64,000 nucleotides of DNA from Amphiscolops sp. MND2022. Taxonomy: Eukaryota. Shown here piece after piece: positions 37,301 to 47,081 of this stretch (position 1 is the first letter of the stretch; the number at the start of each line of letters is the position of its first letter). The position numbers and the translations under genes are program-made. Under the pieces are notes generated by a model. The model did no database searches, was not told where the DNA came from, and saw only the letters and a program-made list of their open reading frames with translations. Location: NCBI GenBank assembly GCA_964187785.1, contig OZ076409.1, positions 36,954,001 through 37,018,000 on the forward strand, read 5' to 3'.

Positions 37301-40300
37301 TGATCAGCGGGATACTTTCCGTCCCAAACTGCTTCACTACGATATGATTTTGAGGCTCATAAGTAGCCGATGCAATGTGAAAATGCATATAAGTTTGAAA
37401 GAGGGAAAAATTTGATACATTTTGATTCATAGTAACCCACCTCTAAAGAGTAACATCTGATTCAAGAATACGCTAAGCACCGAATTGTTTTGTTCTTGAA
37501 CTAAATGAATATCAATACCTAACGGACCAAAAGTTTATGATATTATACGCAAATTTCACTAAAACTTTCAAAAATCAGGAACTTTGTTGTTTACGACTCC
37601 TACTGGATACCGGATTCAGACGATGGTGAATATCTACAACTTTCTAACCCACGAAACAGCTCGAAAAGTTCACAAAAATTGCATGACATTGTCGAACAAT
37701 TTGGATTTTAGGGGTAATTATGCGTTTTTTCTATCTGAAAAACTGCTAAATGTTTCTTGAAAGGCGTAGTGCATAGGTAGTTGCTTCATTTGGAGCTCAT
37801 TTAACAATCGATCTTAAAGAAAAAGGTCGATAAAAGAAATCTACGACTTCGAGGAGTTTTTTGAAAAAAAATATATTTCGTTTTGCTGTAGTGCAATTTC
37901 TGTTCGAACCTCGTACTGGTAGCTACCCGATCCGACCCTGAGCACATGTACTTTCCAATAGGAATGCAAACAGAAAACGTTCATAACAGAGAGTATATGA
38001 CGATAAAAATGAAATTTACAACTCCTCTGATCTCAAAAGCGAGCAACCATATCCCATTTTCCTTCACTGGTTAGGTTTTGAATAGCCCATTGACTCAACT
38101 TTCAAGTCAATGGAAGTTCGCTTTTCCAAACATTTCGTGAAGTCAACAAAAGTTGGCTTTAATTATCAAAAAAAGGTTTTCAAAACAGTTTTCGCAGTGT
38201 TTTCGAGACTTTCTCCATTTAAGAATTGTAGTTATACCTTCAGAAGCGACTACTGAGGCTTAGTATATAACTTGTTTTCTTAACAAATGACTTGATACCG
38301 CTTTTGTTGGTTTTTGAATGTCTTTATTATTGTCAGACACGAAACCACTCGACAAATATTTCAATGTTTGAGAAAACAAAATTTTTTTGATTCCCGACTG
38401 TTTAGGTCAATCTGTGGAAGTGCTCTTACCAGAAAGCTGCCATTTTTCCTGTGGAAGGCGCACTGCTTGGCAATATCTTCCGCTTGGAGCTCAAGCAACC
38501 TCTAATTCACAAACACGAGTCCAAAATTGCACTAAAGATTAGGATCCCTGTATACATTTTAGTATAACAGTGTCCAACTTGACATTTTCGACTTTTTTGA
38601 GGCCAATTTGAAGAATTGTCGGACATAAGCATGCAGGATGTCTGTTCAAACACACCCCCCCTGAAAACACTTTTGTGATCAATTTTGAACAGTTTCAACA
38701 TTCAAACTATAAAAAATTCAAAATGTTCAAAAAGTCCAGAAATAATACATGGAAATGATGAAAGAAAAACAAACCTTTTCTGTTTTTAGTCGGCGCGTTT
38801 TCCTTTTAAGGAAAAATGCCCGACTATAGCAGTGACCTTTTTTTTCTTCAGACTACAATCCTCACACTGATCGGTCCACTTTTTACAATCCTGATCCTGA
38901 GCAGAGCACCTGAGGCCAAGTCCCCCCAAGGCAAACTTTACTCCAAAGGGTCCCCCTTTCATTTTTTACTTTTTTAACGTAACTTACAAAACCGGACGTG
39001 CCTCAAGGGTCCCCCCTTTGGATTTTTTTCGGCACTGTGCGACTTTTTTCGAAATTTTTTTAATGTCCCGAAAGGGTCCCCCTTTTGAGTTTTTTGATAT
39101 TTTGCAACGGAATGTTTGTTAATAAATCCAGAAGGGTCCCCCCTTTTACATTTTTCGGCACTTTGCCACTTCTTTTGAAAGAAAAAAGTTTTTCGAAAAT
39201 TTCAAATTTTTTTCCAAAAAAAGTGTTTTACGCTTTTTGAGCCTTAGATATGGCGCCGACTTTAGACGTTCTCGTCTTGTTTGTTTCAATTGGAGTCATT
39301 CTAAAGGATTGCGAAGCAAATTACTGCAACTTTCTTTTCAGAAAACATACTGTAAAGCTAGTTTGTTCGTATTTGTACGTTGGGAACCTTCCCATCTATG
39401 AAAAAATTTAGTAAATGGACACAAATTGGGTAAAAAGTGACACAAGGTAGAAAAAGTGGAAAAGTTCGACTTTTTTTGGTCAATTTACGTCAGAGATTTA
39501 ATGAAAAAACGCTTTTGGCTCTTCAAAAAGTTTACTGGACAACAAGGTCATATGTTGTTGAACGGTTTGGAAATTCTAATGTACCAAGTCTTTGAAAATG
39601 TCATGAAAATTCTGTTAAGAGAGTCTTTTGAAAATTTTCGTGAATTTTCGTGATTTTTGGCATTTGCGGTCTTTCGGTGGCATATTTTAGTACAAAAGTT
39701 ATTTACTTCGCCACAAAGCCTATTGGACACTACATTGGGTCGTTGTTGATTGTTTGTATTGGTCTAATTCACAAAATCATTCAGAATTTGTTACAAAAAT
39801 TGTATCAAACCTTGAAAATTGGAAAGTTTTGGAATTTTCGAAAAATTCGTAGTGAATTTGAAACGTTTGTCTCTCAAAAAACTGCATTCAACTCTTCAAA
39901 TAAGCCTACTGAGCAACGAATGTTTTCGTGTTAGGTTGAATGTTTCAAACATTTTAATCAACGAAGTCTGTAGAAAATCTGACAAAAATTCTATAAAACT
40001 CTACTTTGATGATTGTTAAAAACCATTGGTGAAACCCTTTAACTTGGATATAATTTCGGAACAAGTCAAATTTTGTAAACAAACGCGGCTGATTTAAATA
40101 TAAATTGCGGCTTTCCCATATGAAATATGGACGGAAAACAATAAGCACGGCAATTACTACTGATATGTCTTTTCCTTCTCTCATGTCTTGCTCAATTTTT
40201 TGACAATCAGTTTTTTCTTGGCCTTTTGCGAGAGCGGATTGTGTTTTTGAATGTATAGCCGGGTTACTAAAAGCGACTAGTTGTTTTTCAGTAGTACACT

Positions 40301-43300
40301 ATTTTAAAGGGCAATCGGAATAGCCTGCTGTCATGTTCTTACTTTTTTCACCTGGGTTTCTAGGTCTTTTAATTAATTTCTTATAGCTTATTCCATCAAC
40401 ACCTGCTTTTGGGAAGAAGATTGCACTGGTGAAGAGCCTCTTATTGACAGAGAAGGTACTGTTATGTGAGAAACTGCTGTAATTGTCAGGTTACTGACCT
40501 AGGACATTCATTCCGTCGGCGTATTCTACCCCCTTCCTCTGGAACTCAGTTGTTGTAGTGCCATTCTCCAACTCGACCGTCACCTCTTTGAAGTGGGTCC
40601 TCGCCTGTTGGAAGCAAGCCTGCACCAGATTTTCCGGAAACGCGTTTCTTAACACAAAACAAAAAATCAAAAGTTGCCATCAAATCACACGTCAATGAGT
40701 CTCCTTTTTTTGGGGGGGGGGGGGAATTGGATGTTGGTGTTGCTTGTTATCAATTTCTATCTTTCTATCACTTCTTAAATTTGAAGAAGAGCTAAAGATA
40801 GGATGAAAGTTTTGCACATCCCCGGCAAACACCCCCCGGTTCACACACGGGGTAGAGTGCAGCCGTAAAAAAACTACTGAGTCTAGAGCATTTTTCTCCC
40901 AGTTTGTTTTTCTTTATTTTCTAAAAGTCTAAAGAAGTCCCTTCAAGTTTAATCTGCTCTGAATCGAAGAAAAACTAAGAAACAATAAAATCTTGTCAAA
41001 AACTTTCAAAGAATGGGACTGAAAAGGTTTGCTCTAGCAATATGTGTTTTTTCAACGTCCACTTAGAAAAATGATTTATGCTTCAAGTCCGAAAATAGAA
41101 CAAAGTGTTTGATTCCGAAAGGTGTTGACTGTTTCAAGTTAAAAAGAATGGCTAGTTAAAATTGATGACATCAAGGGTAATCAGTTACAAAGGAAAGAAA
41201 ATATCGCAGAATTGACGAAAGTACCGTTTGAAATAACATGTAACTACATCTACATATATACTATGTATTTAAATAAACTATACTTCAAAATATTTAAAAA
41301 TTTAATCTTTCTGGTTCCTTGGAGTTGGTCTAATTTTCATTTTTGGTAGGATGTGACCTCAAATCAGACGAATGAATCTGTGCATCCAGAATAACAATGA
41401 CGTGCAATCGCAACAGCGAAATGATGTAATCTTTAATCAATTAGTTATGGAGATAAGGTGGTATCTTCATGTGGAATTTCACTAATTCTTGCACAGTTGG
41501 AGTGGTCACAAGAGTCCTTCGGGAAATGAACGGGAAGAGGAGGTTCGCACTGATCAGTGCTACCAGTTTCCTGTCCAACGGATGAAAGAGTTTCTGGAGA
41601 GTGTAACTGATATTACATACACTATATCTATTTCCTTCTTGGCCAAAATCAAAGTAATTCGAATCAGAAAGGAAAGATAGATCAGCTGCTTAGTTTCTTT
41701 TCCTACCCCGCGAATTTCACACAACATGACTCATTTTACATATCTAGAGGCAGAAGTTTCAGAACACTAACTAAATTAACTGGACTAGGAACAGTTTTTT
41801 TAAAAATATTTTAAAAGTTGAAAAACTTTGTTTCACAACCAAAATCTTTGAATTGGCTGTTTTTCCAAAATATGACCATGGTCATATTTTGGAAAAACAG
41901 CCAATTCAAAGATTTTGGTTGTGAAACAAAGTTTTTCAACTTTTAAAATATTTTTCTGAGATTTGAGACAACCGCCATAATTTCTGTTTAAAATGCTTTT
42001 CTGTTAATGCCCGGTAATTATTAATATTTTTTAACAGGCTAAATTATCAAAACGTTATAGAATAAACAATGACCCGAAGTGAAAATCAGCCCGGAAGAGA
42101 AAAATTTTAAGATCCATCCTGCTGTCTCAGAAAATTGAAGATCCAAGATTAGCAATTGTTATAATTTCCCATGATCAGCATTTTCAGCAAATCCAAGATG
42201 TCAACCACAGGATTCAATCGTTGCTCACATATTAATTGGATGAAAGCTACAAAAAAGGAGGACTTTACGATAAGAAACTATAACACATAAGTTACACAAA
42301 AAAGCAGATATTACCACTTCTGATGATTTTGCAGAGGGTTGCAGATGCATTATTGGAAAGCATGTTTCTATGAATATCCATGTCTAGATGTAGCTACAGC
42401 TTTCTGGGCCTTATAAACCGGCCGCCTCACATGTGATTCTTTGATATCGCCTTTTAGTGAGAAACACCCTCATAAACTAGAACCGCCTAAGGCAAATTTT
42501 TGGCTCACCGGGAAAATTGCAGCTACTTTTCTTTCAAGAAATGTCAGAAGTGTGTAATTAGGCCAAAATAAAAGTGTGCTCAATATTGTTAAGGTCTCCT
42601 AAAACAAGCCAAAATTCTTGCAAGTCTGGCTTATGTTGCAGTTTATATCTTCAGTCTCAGGAAAATCTAATTAGTGGACTATATTGCACAAGTTTTGCAA
42701 AAATTTATATTTCTTGTTTGTTTGAACGTCTGCTGGTGTTGTGGTCTTTGTTCTGCGATACCCAAATTGATCAATACACTTTTTTTGAGAAGCGCGCACC
42801 TCGTTCTTGCAGTTTCAATGAAGCCAAAGGAAACAATTTTAATTACTCCTCAAAATATCGTTGAATTAAAATTAAAATTTCTTGCAGTATTTGGGCCTTT
42901 AAAGAAATGGAAGGATAAAACGAAATTAATAGAGTGAGTGCACGTTAACTGCTTCAAAACGAAAGTACTACTCATCTACTTACTAAAGTACGCATGCAGA
43001 CAAAAGCGCCCAAAATACAGTAAAAAGCGCCCCAATACAAAGTCAAACTCACCTTTTTGATCACGAGCAGTTTCAAAATTTGTTTAGCACTTTTAGATTG
43101 GCAGCTCAGTTCAGACTCACATTCAGTTTTGTTTGTTTTTTTTTCAAAATCTTTATCTGATTCTCAGAAAGACCAGTTTTTTTGCGGGTCACTTAGTATT
43201 CAATTTTCCAATTTTCAGTGTACGAAGCATGATGTCACCTCACCTGACAAGATCAAACATGGCGTCGATGGTGTCTCCCTTGAAGGCGTCTGGCTTGGTG

Positions 43301-43407
43301 GTGAACTCGTTCTTGGGGTTGGCTGCCGGGTCTCCGGGGTGGATAACCACCACTAGGATGATGCCCAGAATAGCCGCGAAGATGGTCGTGCTGAAATACA
43401 TTGATAC
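13107..43407 (-). CDS. SLC1A2: SLC1 family excitatory amino acid transporter, EAAT2-like; spliced gene, 7 exons found, N-terminal TM1-2 exons not found; orthology unproven
   Basis: Exons join in frame across GT-AG introns: [58 protein letters not shown]..|[38 protein letters not shown]. Confidence 0.93.
14296..14430 (-). CDS. SLC1 exon (HP2)
   Basis: tttcag|...[44 protein letters not shown]..|gttagt; 135 nt. Confidence 0.93.
15716..16436 (+). repeat. Dispersed repeat with tRNA-like head, ending ...gccggtcccgcttgtt
   Basis: A-box-like tgacctagtgg near 15723; 3' end shared with copies at about 39280, 46242, 46450, 46535 and 50727. Confidence 0.55.
19126..19272. repeat. Imperfect 147-bp palindrome with 1-nt centre at 19199
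   Basis: ...ggtcatcggtataaaattc c gaattttataccgatgacc...; several arm mismatches. Confidence 0.9.
20340..21425 (-). pseudogene. Decayed coding segment for a Ser/Thr/Gly-rich low-complexity protein inside an SLC1 intron
   Basis: GC-richer island. Protein-like text switches frames: [22 protein letters not shown] / [11 protein letters not shown] / [15 protein letters not shown] / [26 protein letters not shown]. Confidence 0.5.
22418..22585. mobile_element. Tc1/mariner (pogo/Tigger-like) MITE, 168 bp
   Basis: TA|CAGTGGATTCCGCCTAATTCGTA ... TACGAATTAATCGGAGTTGACTG|TA: imperfect TIRs with TA target duplication. Confidence 0.8.
23038..26463. mobile_element. Pair of hAT-like TIRs enclosing nested insertions
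   Basis: Left CAGGGATGTGAAATATTGTCTT; right (reverse complement) CAGGGATGGAAAATATTGTCTT. The 8-bp flanks do not match. Confidence 0.5.
23625..24262 (+). mobile_element. 5' remnant of an LTR retrotransposon: short LTR, tRNA-Ser-like PBS, degraded gag
   Basis: TGTTG start; TGGCGCAGTCAGCAG at 23819-23833; [47 protein letters not shown] with a stop and frameshifts. Confidence 0.7.
28480..29705 (+). repeat. Non-autonomous element with degenerate ~160-200-bp internal repeats ending TATGGGCGGAAAATAA
   Basis: Recurrent actggacaac / aatccacgaagtct blocks; the terminal ~170 bp matches 45390-45555. Confidence 0.65.
31015..31209 (-). CDS. SLC1 exon (HP1b-TM7, NMDGT motif)
   Basis: tctcag|[36 protein letters not shown]|gttaga; 195 nt. 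Confidence 0.95.
31445..32290. mobile_element. MITE with CCATGCATGG subterminal arrays, containing a small nested foldback (31921-32040)
   Basis: CCATGCATGG repeats at 31460-31580 and 32220-32270; nested ggaataacgtctaa...ttagacgttattcc. Confidence 0.6.
32459..32692 (-). CDS. SLC1 exon (TM5-TM6-HP1a)
   Basis: ttttag|G TAT TCG CCA (W)[10 protein letters not shown]...[11 protein letters not shown]|gtaaac; 234 nt. Confidence 0.95.
33010..33210 (-). repeat. Repeat starting TTATTTTCCGCCCA with a tRNA-derived segment; relatives at 26076-26300 and 62570-62650
   Basis: Shared ttattttccgcccaca..ggggaggaaaatcata..ccaaatctccac; A-box-like tactgagtcgg and B-box-like ggttggaaccc. Confidence 0.65.
34008..34914. 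mobile_element. MITE with CCCGGGTTTCCC TIRs and 33-bp subterminal tandem repeats
   Basis: cccgggtttccc...gggaaacccggg; (tatgatcggcctggaatcatatatggtccagag) x~3.5 at 34093-34212, variants at 34640-34880. Confidence 0.8.
35221..35347 (-). CDS. SLC1 exon (TM4c-TM5)
   Basis: ttgcag|GG CTG ATA..(G)[43 protein letters not shown]|gtaagt; 127 nt. Absent from the ORF track. Confidence 0.93.
38890..39281 (+). repeat. Dispersed repeat with AAGGGTCCCCC subrepeats, ending ggcgccgactt...cttgtt
   Basis: aagggtccccc occurs four times; shared 3' terminus. Confidence 0.65.
40499..40647 (-). CDS. SLC1 exon (TM4a-b and extracellular loop)
   Basis: gttaag|A AAC GCG TTT CCG = (R)[14 protein letters not shown]...ENGT...YADGMNVL G|gtcagt; 149 nt. 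Absent from the ORF track. Confidence 0.93.
41802..41955. repeat. Perfect 154-bp spacer-less palindrome
   Basis: Centre ...tatgacca|tggtcata... between 41878 and 41879. Confidence 0.95.
43244..43407 (-). CDS. SLC1 exon (TM3 and 3-4 loop); 5' boundary uncertain
   Basis: [24 protein letters not shown]...DAMFDLV AG|gtgagg. The acceptor near 43407-43410 is weak. Confidence 0.85.
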
Positions 43408-44170
43408 TCTACATATTCTCCAAGTGGCACAGCGAGTCCCGAAAATTATATTTAACATTAGGAAGTTGAAAATAATGAGTTTGCCCTTTTTCTGCGTCAT
43501 ACGAAGATCAAAACGATTGCCTTAGCTTTGTAGAATCTATTCGCAGATTCCATGTCATCCCTACAAAGCCATCTTTAGGCCGGCCGCAAGAAATCAGAGT
43601 CTGATGGAACTTTTCATTGACGGCACATTGATGAGCAAAGCATGTGACATCCGTTAAATTGAAAAACTGACATGTCTGGAAAATCCGAAGATAAGTGAAA
43701 CCTAGATTGATTTTTTAATGCACTGTCTCTTTATCGTAGTTCTCTTCTTTTTGATATTTGAATAACCTCAACGTCGCAGATAGCTTTCAAGTCGCAGTTT
43801 GGCACCGTGTTTCATAAAACCGTCGAATACGTACATTTGTACACCGTTGAATTTGTAGTGTTTCTGCTCTATCTAGTAATTTTGCGGTCCAAAAAATGGT
43901 TTTAATTCTAATTTGTGAAGTGTCACACGTTTTCGAGTGAAGTTTTCAAAACGTTTTTGCAAATACACGTTTCAATCCTGAGCCTATGGATTTCTTAGTT
44001 ATAGGAAACATTCTGAAAGTGTCCAAAATTGCGATTATGTTTTTGAAAATTGAGAAAATTCAAAAAATCTATTTGAAGCACTACCGGTAGCTACACGTTT
44101 CAATCCTGAACCTGTGGATTTTTTTAGTTTAGGAAAACATTCAGAAAGGGTCCAAAATTGGGACTTGCTT

Positions 44171-44543
44171 GTCTCCTGGATGGATAATCATCGCTAGGAT
44201 GATACCCAGAATAGTCGCGAAGATGGTCGTCGTGAAACACATTGATCCTTTACATTGTCTCCAAGAAGCAGTGGAGTGCGGAATGAGATTTTCAAAATTA
44301 AGAAGTTGGAAATACTGAGTTTACACTTTCCAAGTGTCATGCGAAGACCAAAACGACTGCTTCAGCTTTGTAGAATCTATTCCGCGCGCAGATTACATGA
44401 CCTCGCACAGAGTCATTTATGGGCCACAAGCAATTTTCAAAATCTGATAAAAATTTTTCATTGACGGCACATTCATGGGCCATGAATGTCGCGTCAGGTA
44501 AATTGAAAACATGACATGCCTGAAAAAATTGAAGGTAAGTGAA
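44171..44543 (-). pseudogene. Diverged duplicate of 43330-43700 (partial TM3 exon plus upstream intron)
   Basis: Translates MCFTTTIFATILGIILAMIIHPGD; the next ~290 bp is also homologous (agctttgtagaatctattc, ttttcattgacggcacatt). Confidence 0.8.
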
Positions 44544-44569
44544 TTCGAGGCAACTTGAGGCATTTTTTG

Positions 44570-45555
44570 TTCACAAATTGAACTCATTCTAGTCCACGAA
44601 GTCTATCGATATTTCGACCAAAGTTGAACAAAAATAGTGAAAATTGGAAATTTTTCAAAATTTTGTCTTTTCTGGTGTCAATGTTGGACAGTTTTTGTTT
44701 GAAAAACTGCATTTATCTCTTTTCTAAGCATACCGGTCAACACATTCTTTCCTTGTTGACCTTTTTCAACGTTCCAGTTGACGAGGTCTAAGTCTACCAA
44801 AAATTTGGAAAAAAATTATGTCTTCAGTAAATATTACTGGACAACCAACTTTTTCCTCGTTGACCCTTTAATGCATTCCAATCCACGAAGTCTGTCGTAA
44901 CTTTAACAAAAAATGAATAAAAACTTTACAAATTGAAAATTTTTGGGTTTTTTGTAATTTTTTGTTTCAATTTGAGCCATTTCCACTTAAAAACTGAACT
45001 AAACTATTAGGGAAAGACTACTGGACAACATATGTAATACCAACGAAGTAGTGCCATGTTGAGCAGTTTCAACATTCTAATCCACGAAGTCTGTCGAAAA
45101 ACTGACAAAAATTGCAATAAAACGTTAAAAGTCGGGACATTTTTGGTTTTTTGTCATTTTTGACTTTTTTTCCAAAAAACCTGCATTTATCTCTTCATAA
45201 ACGACTACTGGACAACGAATTCTTGCTTTGTTGACCTTTTTCAAAATTCTAATCCACCTCATCTATCGAAAAATTGACAAAATTTGCATTGAAACAAGAA
45301 AATTGGAAACTTTTGCAGTTTTTACTATTTTTGGAGTCATTTTCGGGTCATTTTGTGGTCATTGGGGTCAACTGAAAAAGGTCCAGAAGTCTCCACAAAC
45401 ACAGATTGCACGAAGCTGAATTAATGTGAGTTGAATTCTAAGGGTAACACCCTAAAAGTTATATATAAATTTGGTGCTTGGCAAATTTTGTAAATAAAAA
45501 AACAGTTTGATTTAAATATTTTCCTTTCCTATATGAAATATGGGCGGAAAATAAT
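44570..45555 (+). repeat. Another copy of the internally repetitive element ending TATGGGCGGAAAATAA (a third at about 39300-40145)
   Basis: tccacgaagtct-like blocks at about 44593, 44779, 44882, 45081 and 45253; shared terminus. Confidence 0.65.
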
Positions 45556-46662
45556 AAATTTGGAACATGGCATATTTTGAAAGAAAAAACGTTTGAGTTG
45601 AATATTTTTTCCCATGTCTTATTCAGACGGAAAAGAACATCACGATGATGATGAAGTCTTTGAAGTATACGATGGTGATGAATCAGTAAAAGCCAAACCT
45701 TTGGTTCGTCTTTTTTTCTCAACTTTTCAGCTGTTAGCTGAAACTCGGCTGTTAGACTTGATTCTTGTAATTTGTATATCACGATTGTTTAGTATGCGGT
45801 TTTTTAAGAGAAAAGAGACGACTATAGTCATGGCTTTTCGTCAGTGTTTTTTTTTCGATACACCTTATGTGACCAAAATATTTCCAACAAAGTTCTACGA
45901 AATTTTACGGCGCCAAATTGTACCTTTTGGCATAAGAAACTGGACTATAACAGTTGTTCTTTCTTCAGCATAACATGCAAAACTGGACGATACTAAAGTC
46001 CACCCCTTTCAGTTTTTTTTCGGAATTGAGATTTTTTCAATTTTATTTCACCAAAGGATCCCCCTTTCAATTTTTTTGATGATTTGCGACAGAAGGGATG
46101 AAAACTCTCAAAGGCTCGCCAATTCTGTCCAACTTTTGGGGTTTTTGGGGTACTGTAGAAGAGAATACTTTGACACTTTGAAGTCCTTTTGCTATATTTG
46201 AGCCTTTTATATGGCGTCGACTTGGACCGGTTCCGGCTTGTTTGATTCGGTAAAAGTTTCACAGAAGGATCGTCTTTGGGCTATTTTGCTGTATTCTGTA
46301 CGAGAAAGCTTGTTTGAGCTTAAAGAGGCTCTCTTTGAACTTTTTGGGCGCAGTGAACATTCACCGATTTTTTCTTGAAAACCCCCTGTGATCTTAATTG
46401 AAACAAGTTTTTTGAGCTTGAGACGGGCGCCGACTTGAGAGGTCCCCGTCTTTTTTTCTTCGAAAGATTTAGTTTTGAAACAATTACACAACAAAGACAG
46501 TTTCAATGTCTTCCACTCCACGTCCCCGGCTTGTTTTCGATAACACCTGATCTATCAAAAGTTCTTCAACTTTTCAAGTAACTTCTCACTGCCACTTGAT
46601 TTTTTTTCAGACTTTTTTCGCAAACATAAACTCCCTCCTTCGTTTTCCAGCAGAAACCACAG

Positions 46663-46778
46663 CGTTTTGCAATCATAGTTGGTCACTTTTCGTTTTTTTT
46701 TCGGTACTGTTAGATATTGATCAATATCTAACAGTACCGAAAAAAAAACGAAAAGTGACCAACTATGATTGCAAAACG
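46663..46778. repeat. Perfect 116-bp palindrome
   Basis: Centre gatattga|tcaatatc between 46720 and 46721. Confidence 0.95.
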
Positions 46779-46779
46779 T

Positions 46780-47081
46780 AGAAAATCAATTGTCTACAGC
46801 ATTTTGATCTCCGAATTACAAAAATTAGACCCAAAAACTGATTGGTATTCAAAACATTACAGAAAAAGAGCAGATAACGAGTAAACTAAAGAATTGAGAT
46901 TTGTAGCCGAGTAGACGACGTGAATGGATCGATCCATTCACGTCGTCTACTCGGCTCCAAATCTCAATTCTTTAGTTTACTCGTTATCTGCTCTTTTTCT
47001 GTAATGTTTTGAATACCAATCAGTTTTTGGGTCTAATTTTTGTAATTCGGAGATCAAAATGCTGTAGACAATTGATTTTCT
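46780..47081. repeat. 302-bp palindrome, one mismatch
   Basis: Centre aatggatc|gatccatt between 46930 and 46931. Confidence 0.95.

Noticed and set aside
42500..42545. IFPGE as the missing SLC1 TM2 exon
   Set aside because: Wrong position (downstream of the TM3 exon) and no flanking similarity.
45627..45703. Possible plus-strand exon DGKEHHDDDEVFEVYDGDESVKAKPL with AG/GT borders
   Set aside because: Isolated, no partner exons and no recognisable homology.
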